A stretch of 64,000 nucleotides of DNA, taken from positions 12,526,001-12,590,000 of the forward strand of contig CM097885.1 of assembly GCA_044892525.1 (NCBI GenBank). Direction: 5' to 3'. Below are positions 1 through 43,653 of this stretch, piece by piece (position 1 is the first letter of the stretch; the number at the start of each line of letters is the position of its first letter). The notes under the pieces are model-generated. The model saw only the letters and a program-made list of their open reading frames with translations. It made no database searches and was not told the DNA's origin. This DNA comes from Schmidtea polychroa (taxonomy: Eukaryota). A program made the position numbers and the translations under genes.

Positions 1-1722
1 CTAAGTGGTATTTTATCCTATAATATGCAGATGATTGTGCCCGCGTCCTAAAAATGACACTAGCAGATCCAACACCCAATATGGTAGCTAGCTTACTATA
101 TTTTGCCATGCAAATTGATTATGCATTTGATATTTTTCATTAATAAATTTTTGACTTTGTGTATTAATAATTGTTTCGGATGTTTGACCAGTTTGTAGTG
201 GTGATAACAGTGGGACTTAAAATTTATTTTAAACTTAGGTTTAGTTAATGACGTTTGCTGTCGTTCATTGATTTTTTAATATTTTTTATGTTTAAAATAA
301 AAAACTTAGAAAAATTGTTTATCTATATTAAAAAAGATAAAATTATTGTGTTAATATATTCAAAAAAAATAAATTGAATTGAAATTTGGTCTTAGTTATT
401 TGTATTTATTGTAATGTTTTACAAATTTGAATCTACTAATGAAAGTGATGAAAAGTCTGAAATGGAAACAGAATGTTTTGAAAAGATGGAATCAGAAATT
501 ATATTTCAAAATGATAATGCACAAAAATATCGATGTTTCGGATGTAATATTAATTTTCAAATGTATGGGTGATTTCAAAAACATGCAATCCATATGTATT
601 CTGTTGTTATTTATGAATGTCACAGGTGGTTCTCACCATGTAAAAGTTATAAAAAAACTTGCAGAAAGTTCAAAATCTCGACCCCATAAATCGATATATC
701 TATACGATGAATCGATATTCAAATTTTCAAATGTATAAATGTAGAACAGTCATCAACAGCTACAAGATATATTAACGGAAACAGCCCAAAATTCGTGTCT
801 AAAAACAATTGAATAAAGAATTCTGATGGTATTGAAAACAGTATAGATAATGTGATATTAATTAAGCCTAAAGTCATTCCTGAATTAAATCACACAAAAG
901 TATCAATTCTATCTCTCAATGCTTCATGTTCGATTGAAAAGGTCTCAGAAGATTTAATTAAATTTCTACGATTGATGATACCACTGGATATTTAAAATTT
1001 TCACTTATTGGTTATTTAGTTACGTTATCTTCACAGTTCTTTATGGATAAACATTGCTCAAACGCAGTATCTGCAAATTCTCTTGAAGTTGAATGAAAAC
1101 ATAATCTATTAACAATTGCCTATGATAATGACGAACAACGATTGCCAATGATACATGGATTCTTGACAAATTCCTAAGTTAGGTTCTTTTTGAAAGAAAG
1201 ATCAACATTTTACAGAAAAAAGACGATCTAATGAACGAATAGGACGATATAACCACCCAATAATTATAAGTAAATATTTTCTATGTAATAAATGTTCAAT
1301 TTATGTTTTATTTTGTTTTTTATGTTTCAGATGCTTATTTGGGTCTCTAGTTGATTGTCAAACATCCCAAAAATTATTATGAGATCCTGCTGAGAGTTTG
1401 GTATCCACTGACTAGGGACTGTAGAAGTTCCAGTCAGTGATATTTGAACAATCGGACCTGATTTTATTGTATGCACTATAATGCTACTTCACATGCAGAT
1501 ATTGTCACTAAGATTTTTTAAACCACGATTTGATGCCAACAAGTTATTCCTATGTTGTGACTTAGGAAGACTGATCCATCATCGGACAATTTTAATTCTT
1601 TCAAAGAGTTAAAGTTTAGTTGGCCACATAGAAATAAAAAAAAATTTGAAGAACTTGGGAAACACTGTGAAAAAAAGTAGGAAAAAAGGAAATTACATAT
1701 AAATTTTTTTTTGTCTTTCTCA

Positions 1723-2081
1723 CAGTGGCGTAGCGAGGTGGGGGCGAGGGGTGACAGTTGCCCCGGGCGCCAAAATTTTTGGGGCGCCGGATTGAACGCA
1801 ATATATATAAAATATATAAATATAGCCAAGCATTGAAATTTTTTTAAAATAAACGATGAAAAAGGGATTTTATTTTTCTGTTTTCCAGTTTTTTCTAGTT
1901 TTGTTATATTTTTATATTTTATATTTTATATTTTTTTAAAATATTATTTTAGAATTTATTAATATGCATTTTATATTTGGCGTTTTTACATATGTCTATA
2001 TCACAAAAAAATTTTTATAGTAAGCGCAGGGCGCCAAAAATATCCCTGCCCCGGGCGCCAAGTACTCTAGCTACGCCACTG
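1723..2081. mobile_element. hAT-type MITE (non-autonomous)
   Basis: TIRs CAGTGGCGTAGC...GCTACGCCACTG; 8-bp flanks CTTTCTCA / CTTTCTCG (7/8 TSD); internal GC-rich CCCCGGGCGCCA repeats. Confidence 0.88.
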
Positions 2082-2535
2082 CTTTCTCGTTTTGGAATTT
2101 TGAATAAGTTATAGCATCAATTGAAACTTATATTTATAAAATATTTACTTGGCTACATAATTATTACTTTTACTTTAGAATTATTTTACTCAATTTTTTA
2201 TTTTTAAATAAAAATTTGTTAAATTCTCATGAAATTATGAAATTAATAACTTGGTTTTTATTATTTAATTTTAAATATATTACTGTAGTGAGCATATTTT
2301 TATTTATTGATGAAATGCCTTTTTTCTATATGAACCATGTTTCATTATAAATAAAATATTTATAAATATAAAATTGATTAAAAAACAGTGACATTTCTTT
2401 GTTTGTCTGAATCTGTTTAATCTAAATTAATTATAAATATATAGCGATATTTTAAATTCAATCCTAATTTAGACAATATTTAATAGTGATTATTAATTTT
2501 GGATTATCTGAATTTGATTGATATAGTATTTTGTA

Positions 2536-15808
<13,273 letters not shown>

Positions 15809-17349
15809 ATTCTGAGTTCAAAAGACTACCCCCCTTCCCATTTACTGATCATATGATAATTTATTCTGCTCACTGAGTTTTGCATGGGATTTTAGCCTGT
15901 TAAAAGTTGCGTATGTTCTCAAAAAGCCTTCTGATTTTCAATGCAATATTTATGCAATATATTCTTTTCAAGAGTTATTCTATTGTGCATTTTATTCGTG
16001 GTTAAATGATGTGCTCATTGATAATTTTGGTGCTTTATTTATTATTTATTGTTTATTTTGTTCAATCGTCACGACTGTTAAAATTGCAATAAATTTGAAA
16101 CACTTTCTTTCTTTTGTTGGATTAATTTCTTTCTCCTTTGCCATCGAATACCATTGTATAAATATGTATGTGCATTATATGAATTTAGATTTCTTTTTGA
16201 TTTTTCAAAGATTATTATTGTCGTGTTTATCTTAAAATTTTCATTAGTCTTCTAACAAAGCTCATTTCTGTCTATTTACACAACAACCCACCGTAAATAG
16301 GATGATATCGTATACATAGGGTCACGTATGTAGTAAGGGGCTGAAAAAAGCTTTATTGGCAGTATATATGTGAAGTATCAGTTGGAATTACAATCAGTAG
16401 TTAGGAAAACTTTGTATGATTAAGTAAAATGTATAGTCTAAATTTAACAAAAATGTAAAATTAAAAATAATTGTCAACTCAATCACTTTAAAATAATACA
16501 ACACCACGTTGAATAAATAATAAACAATTAAATAAAATAATTTAAATATTTAAAAATTACAACGAAAGACATAAAAATCAAATTTAGAATTCTAATTTTT
16601 ATTCACAAAACCTCTGCTTAATTTTCTCCTTTGAATTGATTACTAACAACTACTTAACACCCAATTAACATAATACTAAATTATTAATAACCAATCAACT
16701 AAATCATTGATAAAATGATGTTAATTGTTAATAATAACCAGTTAATAATCTACAAATATTTATTTTTAATACAAATACAAATTATTGCCTAAATCTGGTA
16801 TTATTAAAACACTCGATTTAAATGGCGAATTAATTAATTAAATAATAATGCTAATTATGCGTGCCAGCATTTATACCTATTATACTTTTACTATATAATA
16901 GTATTTGATACTTATAATACAATATATATTTTATTTATAAATTAATTATTTAAATATCCCTAACATTAATCAAGGACAAATTATTTTCAAATTGTCTATT
17001 ACAAGAAATAAATCGAATTTAAATTATATGTCCAAATCTAAATTAAAATCAACTAGTCCTTGAATAAACGTTTTAAATTGGTTAATTAATTTGTCAAGAC
17101 TTGAAATAAATTAACTTAGATTTAGAATACATTTGATAATATTTTGAATAAATTTTCAGTTAAGACACATTAAATTAATTAAATAAAGTTGGTATTTTTG
17201 AAATAAAATTTTCGTATAAAATGATCTTTACACAATAAACCACTTAACTAAATATTCAATCACGATACTATCATACTAAGATATTGAATTTGGAAGTTTT
17301 GAATATGATACTTCAGATCATCTTCTTTGAATTGCTTACTAACAACATG

Positions 17350-17530
17350 CTAACTAGATACCAAACAACCAGGTACTAACAGATAAGTAACAATAACTAG
17401 GTACTAATATCCAGATAATAACAACCAAGTACCAACTACTAAGTATTTATAACTAGGTAATAACAAATAAGTACCAACTACCCAGGTACCAAGGGCTTAC
17501 AACTAGGTAATAACAACCACCTACAACAAA
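17350..17530. repeat. Degenerate ~14-bp minisatellite (ACAACTAGGTACTA-like)
   Basis: Repeated aactaggta / aaccaagta / accaggta units at ~14-nt spacing. Confidence 0.7.
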
Positions 17531-20500
17531 TACTGATCATTCATGTTATTAATTAATTTAAATCTGAATCAACAAAGATCTTCCTTCAAATGAATAAAAA
17601 TTTTCTAATAAAATCTAGTAAATAATTTTTTTAAATTAAATAAATAAAAACTCAGTATAAATTCATTTACCATTATCAAAATCAACAATTACCTTAGAAA
17701 TATCTAAATAATTATTATTAAATTCCAAAGGCGACTGATATAAGCCTATCTAATGAGTACATTAAATCATTGAATAAACCAATAATTACTCTAAATGCCA
17801 ATATTCTACCATTTGTTATATCTAAGCGAATTCCCCACTGAAATAATCTAAAATCGAGTAAATTAAATTGATCATTAACCCTAATAATTTATAAAATCGA
17901 ATGGAACTCGTTTAAGTCCTATGATAGTTATTTGGAGTGATTCAACAAAGCTCTGGGGACTTTTACCTTTCTTGCACAAAACTTTTCCTTTGGTCATCGG
18001 GCCTGATATATAATATCTGATAGAATGGGGTGGATTCAAACAAATAGAGAACAAATAGATTATACCCTGTGCTGGCTGTGTTACAACTCTGAGTCGTGGC
18101 GTAACCATTTCATTATAATAAATAAGTGAAATTTCATTAATATCTATGACGTCAATGAACGCCGATATTTTTAGACTTCATTAATAATATTTTCTGCTCT
18201 TTATGATTCACATCTTTCTCACGCAAAATCTTGTTCTAAAGTCTAGATAATTTAAACATTTTTGCAATTTTTCTATTCGATTTCTTACTCGAAATGCCTT
18301 TTCTTTCACAGTTGATTCCTGAATTCACATTTGTGCGTTAAATGAGATTTTTTCTATTCTAATAATTTTCATCTTTTAAATTTCAATTAAATTTGTAATT
18401 TTACTCCATGTTTATTATCATTGTCTGAATTATTTTCTTGACCAAGTATTTTTATTCATTGTTACGCGATTTCACTGAAGGTTTTCAATTCATTTTTATT
18501 TATCTTCATAATTATGTAATAGTTATTCCATTTTCATAGCCAGTCACAAGAGAAGATTGAATATTGGTAGAATTAACTGGAGAGCAAACTGATTGGTTTT
18601 GAGAATCGACTACACCAATACCAAAAGTCCTAGCCACCAGGGGTAAATTTAACGTCTCAAGGTAGGTCAACAATAACATTAATAACTTGAAATACATGTG
18701 AGAACTTCATTATAATTTATTATAATTCTGAAATAAACAATTACTATTTCTAGGATCATCAAATAAGATCATTACGCTTCAGGTACAAAACAGATCGTGT
18801 TTCAGTTATATCAAATGGACCTAAAGACACCAACAGATTTAACCAACATATGTTTTGCAATGTTCAGCATCATAAACCTAATCTACTAGATTTTCTCGTC
18901 ATCGAATTTATATACTTCACAGACTACCTACAGAAGTTAATTTACTAGCAGCAAAAGCAGATTACATTTCGGTTCGATCAAATCGACCTCAAAGCATCTT
19001 AAAAAATCAACTAAAACTTGCTTTTGAATGTACCTCATCATCAGGCTAGTCAACTGGATTTTCTTGTCATCCTAACCGGTATACTTTTCAATGCATTCAC
19101 AGAAGTTAATCAACTCACTGTTCAAACAAATATCAGTTCTGTCTGATGACATCCTGATGAGAGAGATTGCATAGCACCCCTTATCCAATGGAAACACACT
19201 GTTTTCAAATAAAGTATAAATAGACGTGTAAAAACCGTTTCTAACTTTCCAAACGAGTGCCAAAGTTTCCAAATTTTGTTTTACTGGGTGACTATCAACT
19301 AAATTTTTGCCAAACATTTTATGATCAAGAAGTATATTAATTTGTGTGTAATGTTATTTGTAAGAAAACATATTCTATGCAATATATGCTCACTTTATTT
19401 TAATGTTGTTTTTAATTAATATTTCTAATGCTCATATGTCTATGTAGTTGATAGTCAAAAATCCATCGGTCTACAAAGTAGAATACTTCAGACATTTTGG
19501 TGGATTTTAGCGAATCCTTTTTGTTGCGCGTATCGATGGATGCAGGTTTCCGAGTTGGGACTATTCGTACAAGCTTTCTGGGTCCGTATAGGTTTAACGA
19601 GATTGTCTAAATTGGCCTAAGTAAACTAATATCAATGAGGGAAAGGTTAAAGGTTGTTAATAAATGAGTTTTAATGATGACTTTGGACAATATTTTGACA
19701 AACAGGCAATCATTGTAATTTCCCAAAAATATGGGCAGGACTCTGCTCAAAAATTTGAAAGAGGATAAAATTCAGGCAAAAGATCAATTACTAAAGGAGT
19801 CTAAGTCTTAGAAACCTAACCGCATATATAACGTGTCTGGGAATAAATCATTAGATCTAGAAACAAGGGCAGATCCCTACTTAAAATTTTAAAGGATAAG
19901 AATAACATCCACTGATAAAATAAGCATCAAAAAAGCAATTAACCCAATAAAACTGAGACGGACTAAGTGAAATTTCTTTTAACAGCGTCTTTCATGAATT
20001 TTATTGCCTACAATAATGGTTTTGGGTAGATCTGACGATCAATTTAAGTCAAGGCTAACAAGCGTGACAATATCCCATCATATAAATTACATGGAATGCT
20101 CAGAGAAATTAGGAGTCACGCATCGCTAAATATAACACTAATGCAACTAAATATAAATAATAACCCATAATTAGACCAACAAAAATGCATAATTCCTATT
20201 ACAATTTATAGATTTTTAGAAATTAGATTTTTGTACAATTTTTAGAAATTTAACTATTAAATTCCCTTAGATCATAAAAATCTAAATCTCTTACATAAAA
20301 ATTTTTTATAAAATTAATGAGTCAACTTATTTTAATTCTTGAAATTTATTCTCCAATCGATTCTCCAATGCATGGCGATCTATCATAGATTATAAATTAC
20401 TTTTCTAAATAAATATATTGATTTAAAATCACATATTTATTTACACCGTTTATAAATATTTCAAATTTAATATCAGAAAATAAATTAATTTCTTAATAAC

Positions 20501-21364
20501 TTAAATTTAAAACATTCAATTTTTGTCATTTATTTGTTTAATCTATTAATTATTTATTTACTCTTATATTTGGCGGGGTACAAAATTCTACTTATGGAAA
20601 TCGAAAACGGTTAGATATTGATTTCACTTTTAAGAAATTATTTAAAAAAATATGGAAAAGTTCATATAAAGTTGATTAGTGATTCATTTTAAGTTGAACA
20701 AAAATATTTCGTTAATTGAAGGTGTTAATCAATTTGAATTCTACTCTTTAGATTTCTAATAGTTGATTACATTTTCTTAGCATCAATATTAAGATTATTT
20801 ATTCATGAGAATCTCTGTTAAATAAAATTTCATTATATTGACCTTTTTCATATTTTAAACTATCAATATGAATTTATAACTAATCTTATCAAACTATAAG
20901 TTTAACTTACCGGCTTCAAGTATTAATTGGTATTACAATATAGAATAAGATAATTTTGTGTTAGTTATAAACCTTAAATGTGAAAAGATTTTTTAAATAT
21001 GCACCTAATCGATAATATGAATCATTTAAATTAATTACCTGATTATAGAAAATTTATCCATATTATAAGAATTCCAAAAATATTGATTTGCGTGAATCAA
21101 TATACGATTGCTAGTCTACTCTCCACAGAAAACTGTTTTTAATTACAAGGCTTTTACAATTATAGGATTTTTTTAATGTAACACACGTATTTTCTATGAG
21201 CACACTCGTAATTTATTTTGAGCACTCAGATTGTTTACCCAATAAATCATTTTATTCCTCGCCAAAATTCAAGTAAGGAAAATCATTTCCAATATTCTTT
21301 TTTCGAATATTTTCTGTTTTTTTTTTCATTACTTTTAGAATTTTAGACATTCTTTCGTTTATCT

Positions 21365-37981
<16,617 letters not shown>

Positions 37982-38929
37982 GCACAGGAACCTTCATAAG
38001 AACTGAAAGTTTAACACTTGAATTGAATTACTAGTTATTATTAACTCCATTTAGTTGATGTGATTTTAAATTTGTAAGATTTAATTTTTGTATCAGTGTG
38101 AGTGTTTGTGATTGAATGTAACAATGTTTCAATTATTGATAGAAATTTCATTTGCTGGCTCTCCTAGAAGGATGAGGATGATGTCTCTGACCATTTCATG
38201 GTTATAATGCTTAATTTATTTTTACTGTTTATTTCGAATTTTATCTTAATACAAATATGATAATAATATTGTTATGAATATAATATTATTTTTCGCACTG
38301 TTTTCATTTCTTGATTGTATTATACACTTTGTAAAGGTCGGAAATTCGAACTTTGATTTGAGAATGACTTCATGATATTCTAAAACTTTAATAAATTACG
38401 TGGCATGTATTTTTCAACAAATATTTGATTATAAGATTAAGATTTATTAATATTCGACTTAATTTTGAGAATTTTTGACAATGCAAGGATTAAATAAATG
38501 AAGAATATATTATATAGTCAATACTTTCTTTACCGGTTGTTTTATTAATAATAATAAATAATAATGATAACCGTTTTCAATAAGTTAAAATGAAAATAAT
38601 TCCCTAGGAAAAGGATATAATTAAATATAATTTATAAAAATATATTTCTGATCATTATTAAAACAACCTGAATCGAATATAATTACAACAAAGTTTTCAC
38701 TTTGATGGATAATAAAATCATGAGAAAATTCAAAAATATCAATTATTATTATAATTCTAAGTTCGCTTGATCTTCCCCATATTACAGGATAGGATCATCA
38801 TAATTAACATTCAACATATTACAAGTCCATCTGATCTTCTGGGCGTGGCTGTTGCATGTTTTGTTTCGCCTGGTCCTCTTCTTTTTCTTTAACATTTGAT
38901 TGTTTGACTTTAATGTCATACTGTTGTTG

Positions 38930-39110
38930 ATTGTTATCTTTTAATTTTAGTCTTGCTCACCCTGTGTGATTTACACGGAAAGTGGTTTTTTAAATAAATT
39001 TGTTAACGTGGGTACTTTTTCAGGAAAGCTTTTTGCCTGGCTTCTTTCTCTTCCTTTAATTTACGATTGTCAGAACCAGATAACTTTTTCGATTATATTC
39101 CATTTTAGCC
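38930..39110 (-). pseudogene. Possible N-terminal remnant of a hAT (ZMYM1-like) transposase
   Basis: Minus-strand KKLSGSDNRKIK...KKVPTLTNLFKK resembles typical hAT N-termini; no catalytic region seen. Confidence 0.35.
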
Positions 39111-39619
39111 TTCTTACATAATAAAATAAAAATTTGTTTCTTTAAATTAACGCTTAAATAATTAACCAGACAAGAAATAAATACTAGATATATTACGGTT
39201 ATAATATTTTTATCTATGATTTAAGAATTAATTTATATGAGATATTTTGAATTACTAGATTTAAATAGTAGTTCAACATTTTTTAAATGTGTTGGCTAGA
39301 CCCGAAGATTGAGAGCTTGTTTTAATGAGTGGGAAATACATAGGATAAAAACCGCACAAGTTGAATTAAAATCCACGATCATACATTAAATAATTCAAAG
39401 TAAAGTACACAACACATTGAGAATAAAGAAAACACGTATAATAAAATCAAGAAACGCAAAAAGTTGCAATCACCAATACCAGTTAGGAGAGAAATAACAC
39501 ATTCGAAAAATCTGCCAGCTAGAAAATAAAAGAATAATAAATAAAATAATTCATAATATAAAAAATTAGGCATGATTATTGGTCATATTTACATACGAAA
39601 GACCATAATCAAATTAAGT

Positions 39620-40579
39620 AGAATAAATAAAATAATTGAAAATACGAAAAGAAATTTTGGAAACGATAAAAACACTAAAATAGGGTTTTTAGAAAATAAA
39701 TATAATAAAGTATTATTAGTAATTTAATGTTACCATTTATAGAAATAAATAATTAAAATATTACCTAGATTAGGAATATAAATAAAAATAGTATTTAATA
39801 ATTATATATAGTAATTAAACAATTACTATTTATAGAGTAATGTATAGAGTAATGTATATATTAGAATAAATAGTCAAACAAAGATTTAGAGAGGGACAGC
39901 AATAGACAACCTAAACAGAGTCAAGTCGGACAAACAAATCGATAAATTATTGTATCAAATCTGATTAAGAACTCGGAAAAACGAAATCGATCTCAATTCA
40001 GTGTTAATTAAAAGTGATCGCAATAAATCGAAAATTAAAGTTTATCATTGTGGAAATTTGAGCATAAAATTAGCTATATAACCATTTCGGGTTTTCTAGT
40101 TAATTCCAGGAACATTTAAAATTTCTCTTTGGCAAGTTAGGGTAATAAATAAATAAGTTAGTGAATTTTTGTTTGATAAACATAAACATTAGGGTTAAGT
40201 CATCAGCATATAATTTTTGCAGCTGTTTCAGCTTGTATAAATACCATCAACCAATCTTCTGGGTTGATCGTATCGCGTTAAAATCCATGTAATCCCTTAT
40301 CTTTTCTTGTCACCTATATCGGGCTTTGGCGCATTTAGGGTCAGCCTCGATCCTTTGAAATACTCTTCAGGGAGGTTTGAATAACCGTTATCTGTTCTTA
40401 GCTTCAGCAATCAGCGTTTTATTTATAACAAATTTTTGTAAAAACATTTATTAGCTTTAATAAAATATTAAAACATTTGTTATTTATTTATATAAAATTA
40501 TCTACACGTTTTACAATCAATTTTGTGGCGTCCGATTTACGATTGTGTTAGTTCGAATACTTGCCCATCGAATCTAATA
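39620..40579 (+). mobile_element. Degenerate solo LTR (family copy A; left terminus lost)
   Basis: Aligns by eye with 62875-63773 (same orientation) and with the reverse complement of 42671-43525; ends ATCGAATCTAATA. Confidence 0.75.
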
Positions 40580-43500
40580 ATATTTACATACGACAGACCA
40601 TAATCAAATTAGTAAAAAAATGATTATTAGTCATAATCACATACGAAGGACCATAATCGAAGTAATTATGGCTGTTATAGCTCGTATTGACACACGAAGG
40701 AGATATGGCAATGAGTGCATACGTTAAAAAGAGAAATAGGAAAATGTTCTAAATAAATAAATTTAAAAAATTGAAATTAAAAATTTCCATTAAAATTGAT
40801 AAAATAATGAAAATTAAAATGAAAGGTATTAAATAAAAAAATTAAATAATTTGATTATTTAAATCAATTAAATTAAATTAAAAAAATTGCATACAATCAT
40901 ACATATGTGTGCAACGTAATTCACGATTACCGCATTCTGATTGGATCTAGTGGTAGCGAATGCAATCAAAATCAGTATAAATACTGATTGTAATTTAATT
41001 CAGTTAAACAACATTTATTTATTTTGATGAAATTTTATGCACTATTTTTCTGTGTTATTTTAACCTGTTCTCAGTTTTCGGTTTATGCCATTGTGGTAAG
41101 TTTGCTTTGTATCAAGCAATTTCTGTATGCAGTAATGTTTTAAGTTAATACATTTTTATATTCAATTTAGTTTTTTTGTGTTACTTTTTATCGTTTATTT
41201 CCAGTTTTAATTTTTATTTTAATAGTTACGGTGTAATGGATCTTACCATTAGCCAAAAATCAAAAGAAATTCTCTGTCTTCTGATCTTGTGGGTTAAAGG
41301 CAATTTCAAGACACTCAACTTATTAGATTCGATTTGATCGCTGATACCTTTTTAGGACTTTTAGTGAGTTAGGTTAGTAATAAGAAAAGTAAGATCGATT
41401 GTAAGTGTAGAGAGTTTAGTTTTGGGTACTATTAGAGAATTCACGAGTAGTTATGATTTCAGATGGGTTAGGGTTGGCAATATAGGCAAATCCTTGCTCA
41501 ATTTATTTCGAAGAACAAGTCGAATATCCTCAAGTATGGCAGACAAGTATAGTACAATATTTGGATGGCAAGAGTCGACTAATTGAATATTTTTAGCTCA
41601 ATGAAAATTATTGAATAGGCCCTAACAAATAAAGAATCAATATTTTTCCTAAGCAAAACAAATAAACTAACAACAATACAATGCAAGTCAAGTTCACCCA
41701 AAATTCCAAAATCCACAAGCTCTTAGTGTCCTATTTCAAAAATTAGTCAAGTTTTTTTTAATATAGAACTTTCGTATATAAGTCGAGGGTGCCCTATAAA
41801 TTGTTTTAAATAAAGTTTTGCTTATCTCACACGACACACTGGACACTAGTGTGATGATCCCTTAGTGCTATTTAATTAGACAATGAAACCATAAACAAAC
41901 TAAACATTTTAACGCAATTCCAAATCTTCCTATCTAAGTTTGTCTTTGCCTGTAAAGGTTCCGCAGTAACTCGTCTTACCTTTCGTGAGTATGATAGAGC
42001 GAGGCAGAGGCTTTCCATTTGTAGACAACAGAGCTTTGGGGGATTCCTCCATTCACCTACCATTGTCCACAGCGGACACAAAATGTTACAGTGCAAACTG
42101 CGAAGTTAGACTGCCTCACTCCTTGTCATTCACAATGCATCAAGGCTTTTACTAACTTGTATGTTATGTGCTTGGCTGTGGGCTGAAAAATATATGATTT
42201 TAAATAAACGAAGATTATTTCAAAAACTAAGAAATTGTTAGGGATAGGCCTGGAGCCTGAAACAGTAAAACAATAAATTATTTGAAATAAAACTGAGGAA
42301 CTGATAACTTAAATTAAGTAAATTAAGTAGAAAAAAAGAAACAGTAAATGCAATTTAGGTAGTTCTTTCCCATGTGAATTAAAAACCTATTAAAAAATTC
42401 CACTAATTACTTTATAACTGATAATCGTTCGCTTAGTATTATGATTAGGTCGCTGAGTGTTGCACAGCATACGGTCTGTACCGAGATTAGCTAAAAGCGT
42501 AAACTGCACATTTACTGGCATTTCAGTATTTACTGTCGTGTTGATCTTTAGAAATCCTTCTAATCGACAAATTGACAGTCATCAACTTTTAATGTTTGAG
42601 CTTTGGACAATTCACGCCAACGATTGAGAAATACCAAAACATTAGACATCTATTTGAAGTCACGACATAGTGTTAGGTTCGATAGGTAGGTAGTCGAACT
42701 AACACAAAAAACGTTCTATCTGACTCCAAATAAATAATTTATGCGTATAGGTAATAAATAAGAAATATGATTTACAATATTTATTAATGATAAAAATTAC
42801 ACGATTGTGTATTTGTACAAATTATTCACGCTGCTCTCTGAAGAAAGAAAACGGTTATGCAAACCGCCCTGAAGAATATTTCTACGAATCAAGGCTGGCC
42901 CTAAATGCGCCAACAGCCCGATATAAGTGAAAGGAAAAAGATAGGGAAGATCACCAAATTTTACGCGATAGAGTCAACCCAGAATTGGTTAACTCTTTTT
43001 CAAATAACGATACAACACAAAAATTGGTGATGACGTTATTATATCCCTTATTTATGAATTAATTTAACTTAAATAAATCTTTTATATATATATACTTTAA
43101 AATTACTTGGAAATTGATAACAAAAACTAACTGATAAAAATATTCTATGGCTCCGAAGAATTTCGTAATAAATAATTCCAGTAACAAATTTAGTTTATGA
43201 TCGATATTCCTATGTAAATTTCCTGATCCAATTGACGAAATGAAATTTCCAAAATTTATGTTGAATGCCAAATGTCAAGAATTTTCCTTGCCGAATTAAA
43301 TTGATTTGATCGTTACTATTTTCAACTATTGTGATTCCCTTCTGACTTGCTTGTCTCTAATTTTTCCCGTCCCTTCATCTGATTTTCATCTGCTATTTAT
43401 ATAATTTTTACTTACCTAATTCTATTAATAGTAATTGTTTAATTACTATTTTTATTATATATTTTTAAATAATTTCTATAATTCTATTTTTAGTAATTAT

Positions 43501-43653
43501 TTATTACTAATTATATTTTAGTTTTAGTTAGATATCTGTTTGTTTAAATAATTTGGAATTGGCGGTTTTGCGAATTAATTAAAACTTGTTATTTAGAAAT
43601 TCTTTGATTAAATATATATTGTTAGTTTCGAGATTTTTGCTGCAAATTTAAAG

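Noticed and set aside
427..1700. ORFs 427-738, 1518-1829 and 1616-1801
   Set aside because: No recognisable domain; probably decayed TE sequence plus read-through of the MITE; cannot be assigned
17350..17530. Possible CRISPR-like repeat array (also the GACCATAATC repeats at 39572-40660)
   Set aside because: Units are adjacent or degenerate without unique spacers; eukaryotic context and no cas genes
19031..19160. Other CTGATGA/CTGAAGA occurrences (3036 rc, 19040 rc, 19143, 40200 rc, 42838, 53702 rc)
   Set aside because: No stem II plus GAAA..UH at the proper spacing, so not hammerheads
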